From positions 1 to 55,932 of the forward strand of contig CAYFUL010000001.1 of NCBI GenBank assembly GCA_964346375.1: 55,932 nucleotides of DNA. The letters run 5' to 3'. Positions within the stretch are counted from its first letter, which is position 1. The number at the start of each line of letters is the position of its first letter. The notes under the pieces are model-generated. The model ran no database searches. It was not told the DNA's origin and saw nothing but the letters and a program-made list of their open reading frames with translations. The DNA comes from an uncultured Peptoniphilaceae bacterium (GTDB lineage: Bacteria; Bacillota; Clostridia; Tissierellales; Peptoniphilaceae). The translations under genes were made by a program, and so were the position numbers. Of the stretch, positions 48,403 through 55,932 are shown one piece after another.

Positions 48403-48842
48403 TGAAGGAGAGAATGAGAAAGAGGAGACGAAAGAGAATTAGGAAGAGATTTTTTCGTCGACTTATTTTATTATTTATTGCTGCATTTATACTATATGGT
48501 CTCTTTGGTATGATTATGGAAATTGGTGGCATAGTAAAGATAAAGCCAGGAGATATTTCCTATATTGAACTTATTAAATTTTCCAACAATGATATAAAAA
48601 CCATTAAGGAGAGTAGCGATATAAAAAATATTACCAAGGAACTTAGAAGAATTAGGGGCAGCGCCCTAACTGAGGAGATCTCCAACGAATCCGATGTTAT
48701 TTTTATAAACCTCTACGATAGAAGTCTTAATAAGATAGAGATAATTAATAAGGGACAGTTTATGTCTGTAGATGGAATATGGTACGATGTTGGAAAAGTT
48801 GGTTACGATAGATTTAATAGGATTATTAATAGATATTACTAA
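48399..48842 (+). CDS. Hypothetical membrane-anchored protein with Arg/Lys-rich N-terminus
   Basis: 147-aa ORF that overlaps the PhzF-like gene by 4 nt. It has an RKRRRKRIRKRFFRR stretch, then one TM helix. I recognise no family. Confidence 0.5.
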   Translation: MMKERMRKRRRKRIRKRFFRRLILLFIAAFILYGLFGMIMEIGGIVKIKPGDISYIELIKFSNNDIKTIKESSDIKNITKELRRIRGSALTEEISNESDVIFINLYDRSLNKIEIINKGQFMSVDGIWYDVGKVGYDRFNRIINRYY

Positions 48843-48862
48843 TGTTAATTGAAGGAGGGCTT

Positions 48863-49174
48863 ATGAAATTTTTAAAGGTGGAAGTTTTTATTCCAGAGGA
48901 TTTTGTAACTCAATTGGCAAATGAATTAAATGAAAATGGAATATTGGAATTTGAAAATTACGACTACGTATTTTCTACAACTCCTGTAATTGGAAGATTT
49001 AGGCCACTTGAAGGGGCAAACCCATTTTTAGGAACAGTTGGTAAAGTTGAAAGAGTCAACGAAATGAAAATGGAGTTTGGAATTTTAGAGGAGAATAAGG
49101 AAGAGGTACTAAAGATTATCGATTATGTACACCCTTACGAGTCTCCAGTTGTAAATTTTTTAGAATTAGTATAG
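48863..49174 (+). CDS. Stand-alone NIF3/YbgI insert-like (PII-like fold, COG3323-type) protein
   Basis: KVEVFIPEDF...YDYVFSTTPVIGRFRPLEGANPFLGTVGKVERVNEMKMEF...HPYESP matches the insert domain of NIF3-family proteins. Start set at the ATG behind GAAGGAGGG. Confidence 0.6.
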   Translation: MKFLKVEVFIPEDFVTQLANELNENGILEFENYDYVFSTTPVIGRFRPLEGANPFLGTVGKVERVNEMKMEFGILEENKEEVLKIIDYVHPYESPVVNFLELV

Positions 49175-49175
49175 T

Positions 49176-49211
49176 AAAAAGAACCTGCGGATTTCCACAG
49201 GTTCTTATTTT
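49176..49211. terminator. Bidirectional rho-independent terminator
   Basis: 9-bp stem AAGAACCTG/CAGGTTCTT (49179-49206) with A-run and T-run flanks. It sits between convergent genes. Confidence 0.75.
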
Positions 49212-50758
49212 TGTTCCTCTAGTATTTTATGGCTTATCCAGCCTGTGTAGATCTCTTCTGTATCAAAGTCTTTTGCCTCTACTCTACACCATATTCGTTT
49301 ATCTTCTTCTATTTTTACCTCATAGATATATACGTCTGAATTTAGGGATAGTTTTGCAATTTCCTTGTACTCTAATCCTGGGCCAATGCGTAAATTTCCT
49401 CCCTTTACTTTTATCTTTTGGTAGGAAAATAATAGGGCGTTTGCCTTTTTCATTAGCTCTGATCTATCCTTCTCGTCGACGGTTTCTCCTTCTCCCTCTT
49501 CTGGTGGAATACTTGTTTCTGTATTTTCTTCGCTTATACTCTGTTTTAAATTTGTCGCCTTTGCACTTTCTGGAAGTACTTCTAGTAGCCTTGTTAATAT
49601 ACTCTTCGCCTCTAAATAGGAGCCTTCGTTTATTTTCTCCTGGGCTAAATTTAACATATCCAATTCTAGATTTGTTATCTGTATCTGTGCGTTTCTATAG
49701 TTTTTATGGTCCTCCTCTAGTACTTCTTTAAAACTTGAAATTGCTCCTATTGGATTTTTGTCCTTCATTTCAATTCCAACGGTATAAGCATTATTTGATT
49801 TTACTAGCTGCTCTATTTCCTTTAGCTTTGCATTTTTTTTCTCTGCATCTGAAAATTCTAAAGTCTCTAATTTTTCATATGCCCTTTCGTAATCTCCGTC
49901 TTCTAAAAAATTTTCTACAGACTTTATATTTTTCTTCGCTATATAGTCTATGCCAAACCTTTGGTATAAAAATACACTTGATAGGATTACTAATACCAGT
50001 AGTATTCCAATGGAAAAGGTGTTAAATTTTTTTATTCCCTCTTTGTAATTTTCGTTGATCCTTGCAAGATTTACCTTTTCTGTTTGCTGTGCCATTTGTG
50101 AGGAAAGGGTCTTTGTTATTTTGTGTGTTAGTTCCTTATCAAACTCCCCTGTCTTTGACATTGTGCTAATTAATTTTGAGTTTATTAATGGTTCTGTTAA
50201 ATTATTTAGCACTAATATCTTTGATCTATTACAGTTTTTACAGTTTTCTACTTCTTTTCCATTTAATGCTCCGCATACACAGCGCCATGCTTCTATTAAA
50301 TTCTCCCCATAGGAAATTATATCCTCTCCTAAAAGCTGTTTCATCTTGTCGTGCTTTTCCCTTGGTATTATTGGCAGTGTATAAAATTTTTCCCTATTGG
50401 CAGCTGGTGTAATTAACTTTCCACTTGATGTAGTGTACTTTGTAATTCTTGCCTCAAGTCCTCTTGCTTCAGTAAATCTTTCGTCAAGGGGGAACTGTTT
50501 TACATAGTAGATACTCTTTGGCGAAATATTAATTCCCGTTTCTGAAAATTCAAACTCCACTCCATTTAATAGTTCCTGCCCAAATTCGTCTTTAAAGGAT
50601 ATATTAAAGTAAACTCCCGTTACTATATTTTCTGATGTATTTAAAATATCTATGGCAATGGAAAATGGGTCTGAAATTGTAAGACTTGCCCTTACAATTT
50701 GTAACTCGTCTTCCCAGGATAGATATACCTTTGATGGTAGTATATTTATATTTTCCAT
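49205..50758 (-). CDS. Hypothetical multidomain protein: N-terminal beta-rich domain, zinc ribbon, one TM, helical repeat region, C-terminal SH3b-like domain
   Basis: CVCGALNGKEVENCKNCN zinc ribbon, TM segment FSIGILLVLVILSSVFLY, and a C-terminal SH3b-like stretch VKGGNLRIGPGLEYKEIAKL...YTGWIS. Start set at the second ATG behind AAGGAGG. Confidence 0.55.
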   Translation of the reverse strand: MENINILPSKVYLSWEDELQIVRASLTISDPFSIAIDILNTSENIVTGVYFNISFKDEFGQELLNGVEFEFSETGINISPKSIYYVKQFPLDERFTEARGLEARITKYTTSSGKLITPAANREKFYTLPIIPREKHDKMKQLLGEDIISYGENLIEAWRCVCGALNGKEVENCKNCNRSKILVLNNLTEPLINSKLISTMSKTGEFDKELTHKITKTLSSQMAQQTEKVNLARINENYKEGIKKFNTFSIGILLVLVILSSVFLYQRFGIDYIAKKNIKSVENFLEDGDYERAYEKLETLEFSDAEKKNAKLKEIEQLVKSNNAYTVGIEMKDKNPIGAISSFKEVLEEDHKNYRNAQIQITNLELDMLNLAQEKINEGSYLEAKSILTRLLEVLPESAKATNLKQSISEENTETSIPPEEGEGETVDEKDRSELMKKANALLFSYQKIKVKGGNLRIGPGLEYKEIAKLSLNSDVYIYEVKIEEDKRIWCRVEAKDFDTEEIYTGWISHKILEEQK

Positions 50759-50841
50759 AGGACCTCCTTGTTCCATTTTATCACAGATTGGCTACTTCTA
50801 CTTTTAGTTTCTTTATGGTAAAATTTATTTAGGAGGAGAAT

Positions 50842-51378
50842 ATGGGTAAAGATACTAAAAGGGAAGCTAAAATTGTCTTTAGATACCTAGAAGAAGTTCC
50901 CACCCTGTACAATCCCAAGGTCAAAAAATTTCTTAAAGTTCTATATTTTATCTATCTAATGGTAATAGTCAGTGTATTCTTACTAAATAGAGATAAGTTT
51001 CTAAATGAAGCCTACCTCTATTTTTTTGGGCTTATTGTACTAATAATATTTAGCTACTGGTTATTTAGAAATTCTCAAAAATTTTATGGAAAAGTACAGA
51101 ACTTTATGAAAAATGGAAATCGAGTTAGGGGAAGAATAATAGGAACTGAGATTAAGAATGTGAAGAATAAAAATTCACTTCATCTAGTTGTTGAATATAA
51201 AGACCCTCAAACAAAGGAGAAGAAAACATTTTTAACAGCAGCAGTTACAGGAAATCCTTTTGAATTACTTTCAAGTGATGAGGTAGATGTATTTCTACTA
51301 GGGGACGAAAAATTTGCTACAGGTTTTAAACTTGCTGTAGATAAAACAAAAAATATTAATCAGAAGAGAGGAAGATGA
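50842..51378 (+). CDS. Small membrane protein (two N-terminal TM helices plus a soluble C-terminal domain, possibly DUF3592-like)
   Basis: 178-aa ORF behind AGGAGG. The family assignment is tentative and from memory. Confidence 0.45.
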   Translation: MGKDTKREAKIVFRYLEEVPTLYNPKVKKFLKVLYFIYLMVIVSVFLLNRDKFLNEAYLYFFGLIVLIIFSYWLFRNSQKFYGKVQNFMKNGNRVRGRIIGTEIKNVKNKNSLHLVVEYKDPQTKEKKTFLTAAVTGNPFELLSSDEVDVFLLGDEKFATGFKLAVDKTKNINQKRGR

Positions 51379-52325
51379 AAATGAAGGTTCTACTACCAAG
51401 TATTTTTGAAGAGGAATATAGAAAAGAGATAGAGTCATTAGGATTTACAGTTAGCATACACAAGTATGACCATTCTGAATCTATAAAGGAAGAGGACTAC
51501 GATGCAAATGTAATAATAGGTAGAAGAGAAGTAATAGGTTTAGATTTAGATAAGTTTAAGAACCTAGAGTATATTTTCCTTATTACAACAGGAGTAGATT
51601 ATATTGACATAGAAAAATATGTAAGTAGGGGAATAAAAGTATGTAATAACTATGGAGCATACGACACTCCAATAGCAGAATGGGTACTATACTTCCTACT
51701 AAACATAGAAAAGAAGGACAGAGAAAATCTAAGAAACCAAGAAAATAAAAAATTTGCCTTTAGAAATACTTCAGGGGAAATACTAGGTAAAAAGGCATTA
51801 ATTTTAGGAACTGGAGAAATTGCAAAGGCAACTGCAAAAAGACTAAAGGGATTTGATACAGAAGTATATGGTTATAATACCAATGGAAGAAGTGTAGAGG
51901 GTTTTGATAAGGTATTTAGTAAGGATGAATTACTAGGAGCACTTAAAGATATGGACTATGTAATATCAACTCTACCAAGTACAGAAAAAACTTACCATCT
52001 AGTGGGCAAGGAATTTATAGAGAATATGAAGGACGGCTCAGTAATAGTAAATATATCTAGGGGAAAGGTTATAGACGAAGAAGAGATGATAAAGGCACTT
52101 CAATCTGGAAAACTTCGTGGAGCAGGCCTAGATGTATTTGAAGTAGAGCCACTTCCAGAGTCATCACCACTTTGGGAAATGGAAAATGTATATATAACAG
52201 CCCATATCTCATGGTCAGCAGAAAATCAAAACTATAGAATGATGATTGCACCACTAGAAAACTTAAGAAGATTAAGTAATGGAGAAGAACTACTAAATGT
52301 AATATCACTAGAAAAGGGATATTAA
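51375..52325 (+). CDS. D-isomer-specific 2-hydroxyacid dehydrogenase family protein
   Basis: NAD motif GTGEIAKATAKRL, ISRGKVIDE, and the catalytic His context ITAHIS. Confidence 0.8.
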   Translation: MKMKVLLPSIFEEEYRKEIESLGFTVSIHKYDHSESIKEEDYDANVIIGRREVIGLDLDKFKNLEYIFLITTGVDYIDIEKYVSRGIKVCNNYGAYDTPIAEWVLYFLLNIEKKDRENLRNQENKKFAFRNTSGEILGKKALILGTGEIAKATAKRLKGFDTEVYGYNTNGRSVEGFDKVFSKDELLGALKDMDYVISTLPSTEKTYHLVGKEFIENMKDGSVIVNISRGKVIDEEEMIKALQSGKLRGAGLDVFEVEPLPESSPLWEMENVYITAHISWSAENQNYRMMIAPLENLRRLSNGEELLNVISLEKGY

Positions 52326-52346
52326 AAAAATGAAAGGAATGAGATT

Positions 52347-53678
52347 ATGTTAAAGTTAAATTTAAAACAGACCCAAAATCTTGTTCTAACGACACAACTA
52401 GTAACGGCGATACAACTATTGCAACTAAATACAATAGAGCTAAAGCAATTTGTGGAAACAGAGATAAGCGAAAATGTAATGCTAGATGCAATAGAAGAAA
52501 AGACAGAGAGTTTAGAGGATATACGAGAATTTGCAAAGAACTATCGTAAGGATTTAACCTATGAAAAGCCTAGCTATGACGAGGACTCAGAGGATAGGAA
52601 TTACGAAGAATATGTAACAGAAAAAGTTAGCCTAAGTGAGTATTTAAAATACCAACTAATTGAGGAAAATGTCTGTAACAAAAATAGAGGTATCTGTATA
52701 GAGGTATTGGATAATATAGGCGATGACGGATATTTTAAGGGAGATCTATACGAAATAGCAAATAATCACCAAGTGGACTTTAATCTTGTGCTAACAGTGC
52801 TAAAATGGGTTCAAAGAAAATTTGAACCCAAGGGCATTGGAGCAAGGGATTTAAGAGAATGTCTACTACTCCAGCTAGGACCTAATGAGTATAACGAAAG
52901 GACAATAGTAAAGGACTACTTAAACCTATTGGCGGAGAATAAAATACAGGAAATAGCAAATGAAATGGGAATATCAGTACACAATGCACAAATAGCTTGT
53001 GATAATATAAAAAAGCTAAATCCAAAGCCAGGGATGAGTATAGGTTCGGGGGAAGTAGTCTACATAAAACCAGATGCCCATTTAAGGGTAGAGGATAATA
53101 GATTGGTAATAGAAATAGAGGAGCATCCATACGAAAATTTAAAGATAAACCCCTACTATTTATCATTACTAGAAAATGAAAATACAGATAAAAACACTAA
53201 AAAATATATATCGGAAAAACTAAAGAAAGCACTATTTATAGTAGAGGCAATAGAATCAAGGCGACTAACAATAAGAAAGGTAATATACTCAATAGCAAAG
53301 TTACAGGAAGAATACTTTCTAGGAAAAAAAGACCTAGTACCAATGAGGCTAATAGAAGTAGCAGAAGATATAGAGATGAGTGAATCCACAGTAAGCAGAG
53401 TTACTAGAGATAAGTATTTAGAATTTAATGGGAGAGTATATGAGTTAAAGGACTTTTTTACAGGAGGACTAGGCTCAGAAGAGGGCGAAGTATCGGTAAA
53501 TGTCGTTAAAAAGAGAATAAAGGAAATAATCGAAGGAGAAAATCCAAAAAAACCCCTATCAGATCAAAAATTAACAGATATGTTACAAAGAGAGGGGATA
53601 GAAATAAGTAGAAGAACGGTGGCAAAGTATAGAGATGAATTAAATATACCTTCTACAACGAAGAGAAAACGATTTTAG
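52347..53678 (+). CDS. rpoN: RNA polymerase sigma-54 factor
   Basis: Region I LKQTQNLVLTTQLVTAIQLLQL, an HTH, and the RpoN box ISRRTVAKYR. Confidence 0.9.
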   Translation: MLKLNLKQTQNLVLTTQLVTAIQLLQLNTIELKQFVETEISENVMLDAIEEKTESLEDIREFAKNYRKDLTYEKPSYDEDSEDRNYEEYVTEKVSLSEYLKYQLIEENVCNKNRGICIEVLDNIGDDGYFKGDLYEIANNHQVDFNLVLTVLKWVQRKFEPKGIGARDLRECLLLQLGPNEYNERTIVKDYLNLLAENKIQEIANEMGISVHNAQIACDNIKKLNPKPGMSIGSGEVVYIKPDAHLRVEDNRLVIEIEEHPYENLKINPYYLSLLENENTDKNTKKYISEKLKKALFIVEAIESRRLTIRKVIYSIAKLQEEYFLGKKDLVPMRLIEVAEDIEMSESTVSRVTRDKYLEFNGRVYELKDFFTGGLGSEEGEVSVNVVKKRIKEIIEGENPKKPLSDQKLTDMLQREGIEISRRTVAKYRDELNIPSTTKRKRF

Positions 53679-53687
53679 AAAAAAATA

Positions 53688-53710
53688 AATCCGGAGCAAT
53701 CCGGATTTTT
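53688..53710. terminator. Bidirectional rho-independent terminator after rpoN
   Basis: AAATCCGGA-GCAA-TCCGGATTT followed by a T-run. Confidence 0.8.
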
Positions 53711-54395
53711 TAATACCCTAAAATAGAAAATCTTAAAAAATAAATTAAAAGTAGGTGGAGAGGATAGAATACATAGAAAAAGTACTTAGATTGTCTTCCC
53801 CTTTCGTGGTTGTAAAAATAAATTAGTACAGCAGAAATTAGAGGGGTAAGGTATGTGATTTCAAATAGAAAACCAATGGCAGTTCCTATTGCCCTATCTC
53901 TATTGCTACTACCAAACATATACATAATAAATGCAGCGATTATACCATACATACCGTAGTCAAAATTTAGTACCTCGGCAATAGCGCCAATAATAACAAA
54001 GGGAACAATTTTTAAAAGCCTATTGTCAATTTTATCAATGGCATAAAACATAAGTACAGCACTAAAAAGTTCAAAGTAGACATTTTGGTGTATATTACTT
54101 GGAAATGTCCATTAAGTAAAAGATCAAAGGGCGCTTCAGAAACAAGGGCAAAGATAAAAAGTCGAGTCATGTATTTTTTAACATCCCTAGTTTTTAAATA
54201 GCCTTCAATTAAAAGAAATAGAAAGATTGGAAAGGCAATTCTACCAATAGTTCTCATTGCTAAATAAGTTGAGGAACTATACCCAGGCATATAGACATAG
54301 TAACCTGCGGCTAAGTGGTCTATAAGCATGGTAATAATTGCAATAATTTTTAACTGGGCTCCATTTATTTTAAAATTTACTCTACTGTTTTCCAT
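53710..54395 (-). pseudogene. TraX family membrane protein, frameshifted
   Basis: The N-terminal ORF 54012-54395 carries LKIIAIITMLIDHLA. The second frame, open from about 54101, reads WTFPSNIHQNVYFELFSAVLMFYAIDK and continues to 53710. The two ORFs overlap out of frame. Confidence 0.65.
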
Positions 54396-54670
54396 ATAAA
54401 CTCCTTGAATTATTTTAAAAAAAATATACCATAGTCCTAGTTAAAAAATAGAAATTATGCCAATATAGTTGGTTTTAAGAAATAATTAAACTCCACCAAT
54501 AATAATAACAGACTCCCTAAAGGTGAAAGCTGGGTTTTAAAAAAATGCCCTAGTAAAATAAAAACAATATTTCAATGGATAAAGTCCGTAGCAGAAAATT
54601 TTAAGGTAATTTAAAATTGACTATGTCCAACAAGATAATAAAATGGAATTAAAAATACTAGGAGGAAATT

Positions 54671-55864
54671 ATGAAAAAGATACTTGGATTAACGATTTGT
54701 ATATTTTTATTTCTTTTTGGAATAAATGTAGAGGCTAAAACTATTAAGGTTACTATGCCCAGTTTTCCAATAACTATTAATGGAGTTGTTGAAGAACAGG
54801 ATTATTTAAAGTATCCAATTATCTTCTATAATAACCTAACCTACTTTCCTCTAAGTTTTAATAGAGCAACTTCCCTTGGATATAATGCATTTTGGAACAA
54901 TAATGAGAGAACTATTAGAATTTCTAAACAAAAAATTGCTGGATATCTTCTTCCTGAAAAAAGTACTACTAAGAATAAAAAGAATTTATCTGCCACTACC
55001 ACTGATATTAAAGTTGAAATTAACGATGAAAAATTTATAGATACTGCTGATTATCCAATTCTAATTTTTAGGGATATAATATATCTTCCATTCTCTTGGG
55101 ATTTTTCTCAAAGGGTTAATGCAAATTTCTCCTTTGATAATAAGAATGGCCTTGTAATAGATGGAGATATAATAAAGAAGAGACCTTTAGGACAAAGACC
55201 TGAAAATGTGGAAAAGCTATGGGAATATAGTTATCAGAATAGCGATATAGAATACAAGGAATCCTATGAGATTTCTGGAAAAAAATTTCTAATAGGAAGA
55301 GATGAGAGAAAATTAGAAGAGGTTATTTCTGAAGTCGTAGATGGAAAGGCTGTTGTATTAAAAAAATTTACCGATAGAGGTCATCGTTCCTCATCTAGAA
55401 ATATTGATGGAAATTATTTGTACTATGTCTATGAAAATAGCGGTTCATTTAGAGAAGGTGAATTACTAACATATCAAATAAAAAGGATAAATCTAATGAA
55501 TATGGAAGAAGAGTTACTAAAGGAGTTAAAAATTCCTGCACCGGGGAAGGTTTCTATGGTGGCTTTAAATGGCAAAATATTTTACGGCAGGGCTTTTCCA
55601 GATGCTAGGGTAGATAGTGAAAAGCTATTGTACAGCCAAGATGATAAAGTTATTGGGGGACCAATTCTATTTCAATTTAAAAGATTTGAAAACTATGTTG
55701 TTGCAACTTTTGAAACTGAGGATAATATTATTGTCTATGACGAAAATCAAAGGGTAGTAGCAAAGGCAAATGGTAATTATGAAATAGAGTATATTGATAT
55801 TAAAGACGGAGTTCTTTCCTACAGGGATAAGAGAAATGGGAAGTTAGTAACTATAAAATTGTAA
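54671..55864 (+). CDS. Secreted protein with stalk-like repeats, paralogue of 24636-25589
   Basis: Signal peptide, then ITINGVVEEQDYLKYPIIFYNNLTYFPLSF...WNNNERTIRI and a second similar repeat. The C-terminal half is beta-rich. Confidence 0.6.
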   Translation: MKKILGLTICIFLFLFGINVEAKTIKVTMPSFPITINGVVEEQDYLKYPIIFYNNLTYFPLSFNRATSLGYNAFWNNNERTIRISKQKIAGYLLPEKSTTKNKKNLSATTTDIKVEINDEKFIDTADYPILIFRDIIYLPFSWDFSQRVNANFSFDNKNGLVIDGDIIKKRPLGQRPENVEKLWEYSYQNSDIEYKESYEISGKKFLIGRDERKLEEVISEVVDGKAVVLKKFTDRGHRSSSRNIDGNYLYYVYENSGSFREGELLTYQIKRINLMNMEEELLKELKIPAPGKVSMVALNGKIFYGRAFPDARVDSEKLLYSQDDKVIGGPILFQFKRFENYVVATFETEDNIIVYDENQRVVAKANGNYEIEYIDIKDGVLSYRDKRNGKLVTIKL

Positions 55865-55873
55865 ACGTATTAC

Positions 55874-55932
55874 CCTTTGTCGAAAAAAGTTTCATTTAGT
55901 AAGCGAGAGGGGGAGGAGGATGTAGTGCCCCC
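55874..55932 (-). repeat. GC-rich intergenic repeat element, copy 2 (inverted, cut by the window edge)
   Basis: The reverse complement CCTCCTCCCCCTCTCGCTTACTAAATGAAACTTTTTTCGACAAAGG aligns with 13751-13797 (CCTCCTAACCCCTCTCGCTCACTAAATGAAAGTTTTCTCGGCAAAGG) at roughly 85 percent identity. Confidence 0.6.

Noticed and set aside
1-55932. CRISPR arrays, IS elements, integrases, prophage genes, toxin-antitoxin pairs, known defence systems, tRNA or rRNA genes.
   Set aside because: I looked through all intergenic regions and ORF translations and found no supporting sequence for any of these.

Overview
This window is the replication-origin neighbourhood of a low-GC Firmicute chromosome that looks Clostridia/Tissierellia-like. 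All calls come from reading the sequence and ORF translations by eye; no searches were run.

Core layout: on the minus strand, dnaA-dnaN-yaaA-recF-gyrB-gyrA. Divergent from it on the plus strand, rpmH (missing from the ORF track)-rnpA-yidD-yidC-jag-mnmE-mnmG-rsmG-parA-parB. DnaA-box-rich oriC segments sit on both sides of dnaA.

Left arm: an edge-truncated tuf, patB, surE, tadA, metNIQ, pncB plus a radical-SAM gene, a Mn riboswitch-controlled P-type ATPase, an aminotransferase, DnaD/DnaI-type helicase-loading genes, a LysR regulator, nnrE, a MATE transporter, and small metabolic and oxidative-stress genes.

Right arm: a PhzF-like gene, several hypothetical membrane or secreted proteins, a 2-hydroxyacid dehydrogenase, rpoN and a TraX-like gene.

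I saw no rRNA, tRNA, CRISPR, transposase, integrase or prophage genes.

Most notable observations:
1. A SigB-type partner-switching module is translationally chained to the gyrA stop codon. Its anti-sigma factor has lost every glycine-rich ATP-binding motif.
2. A dense cluster of four perfect DnaA boxes lies about 28 kb from dnaA, just upstream of the riboswitch-controlled ATPase.
3. A roughly 790-bp ORF-free, A-rich and C-poor intergenic block has internal repeats and an orphan terminator.
4. Two parS-like 18-bp palindromes lie upstream of parAB.
5. Three genes are frameshifted, two of them inside 7-nt homopolymers.
6. A GC-rich structured repeat family is dispersed in the window.
7. Two sharply different synonymous-codon regimes exist, including a switch inside one gene.
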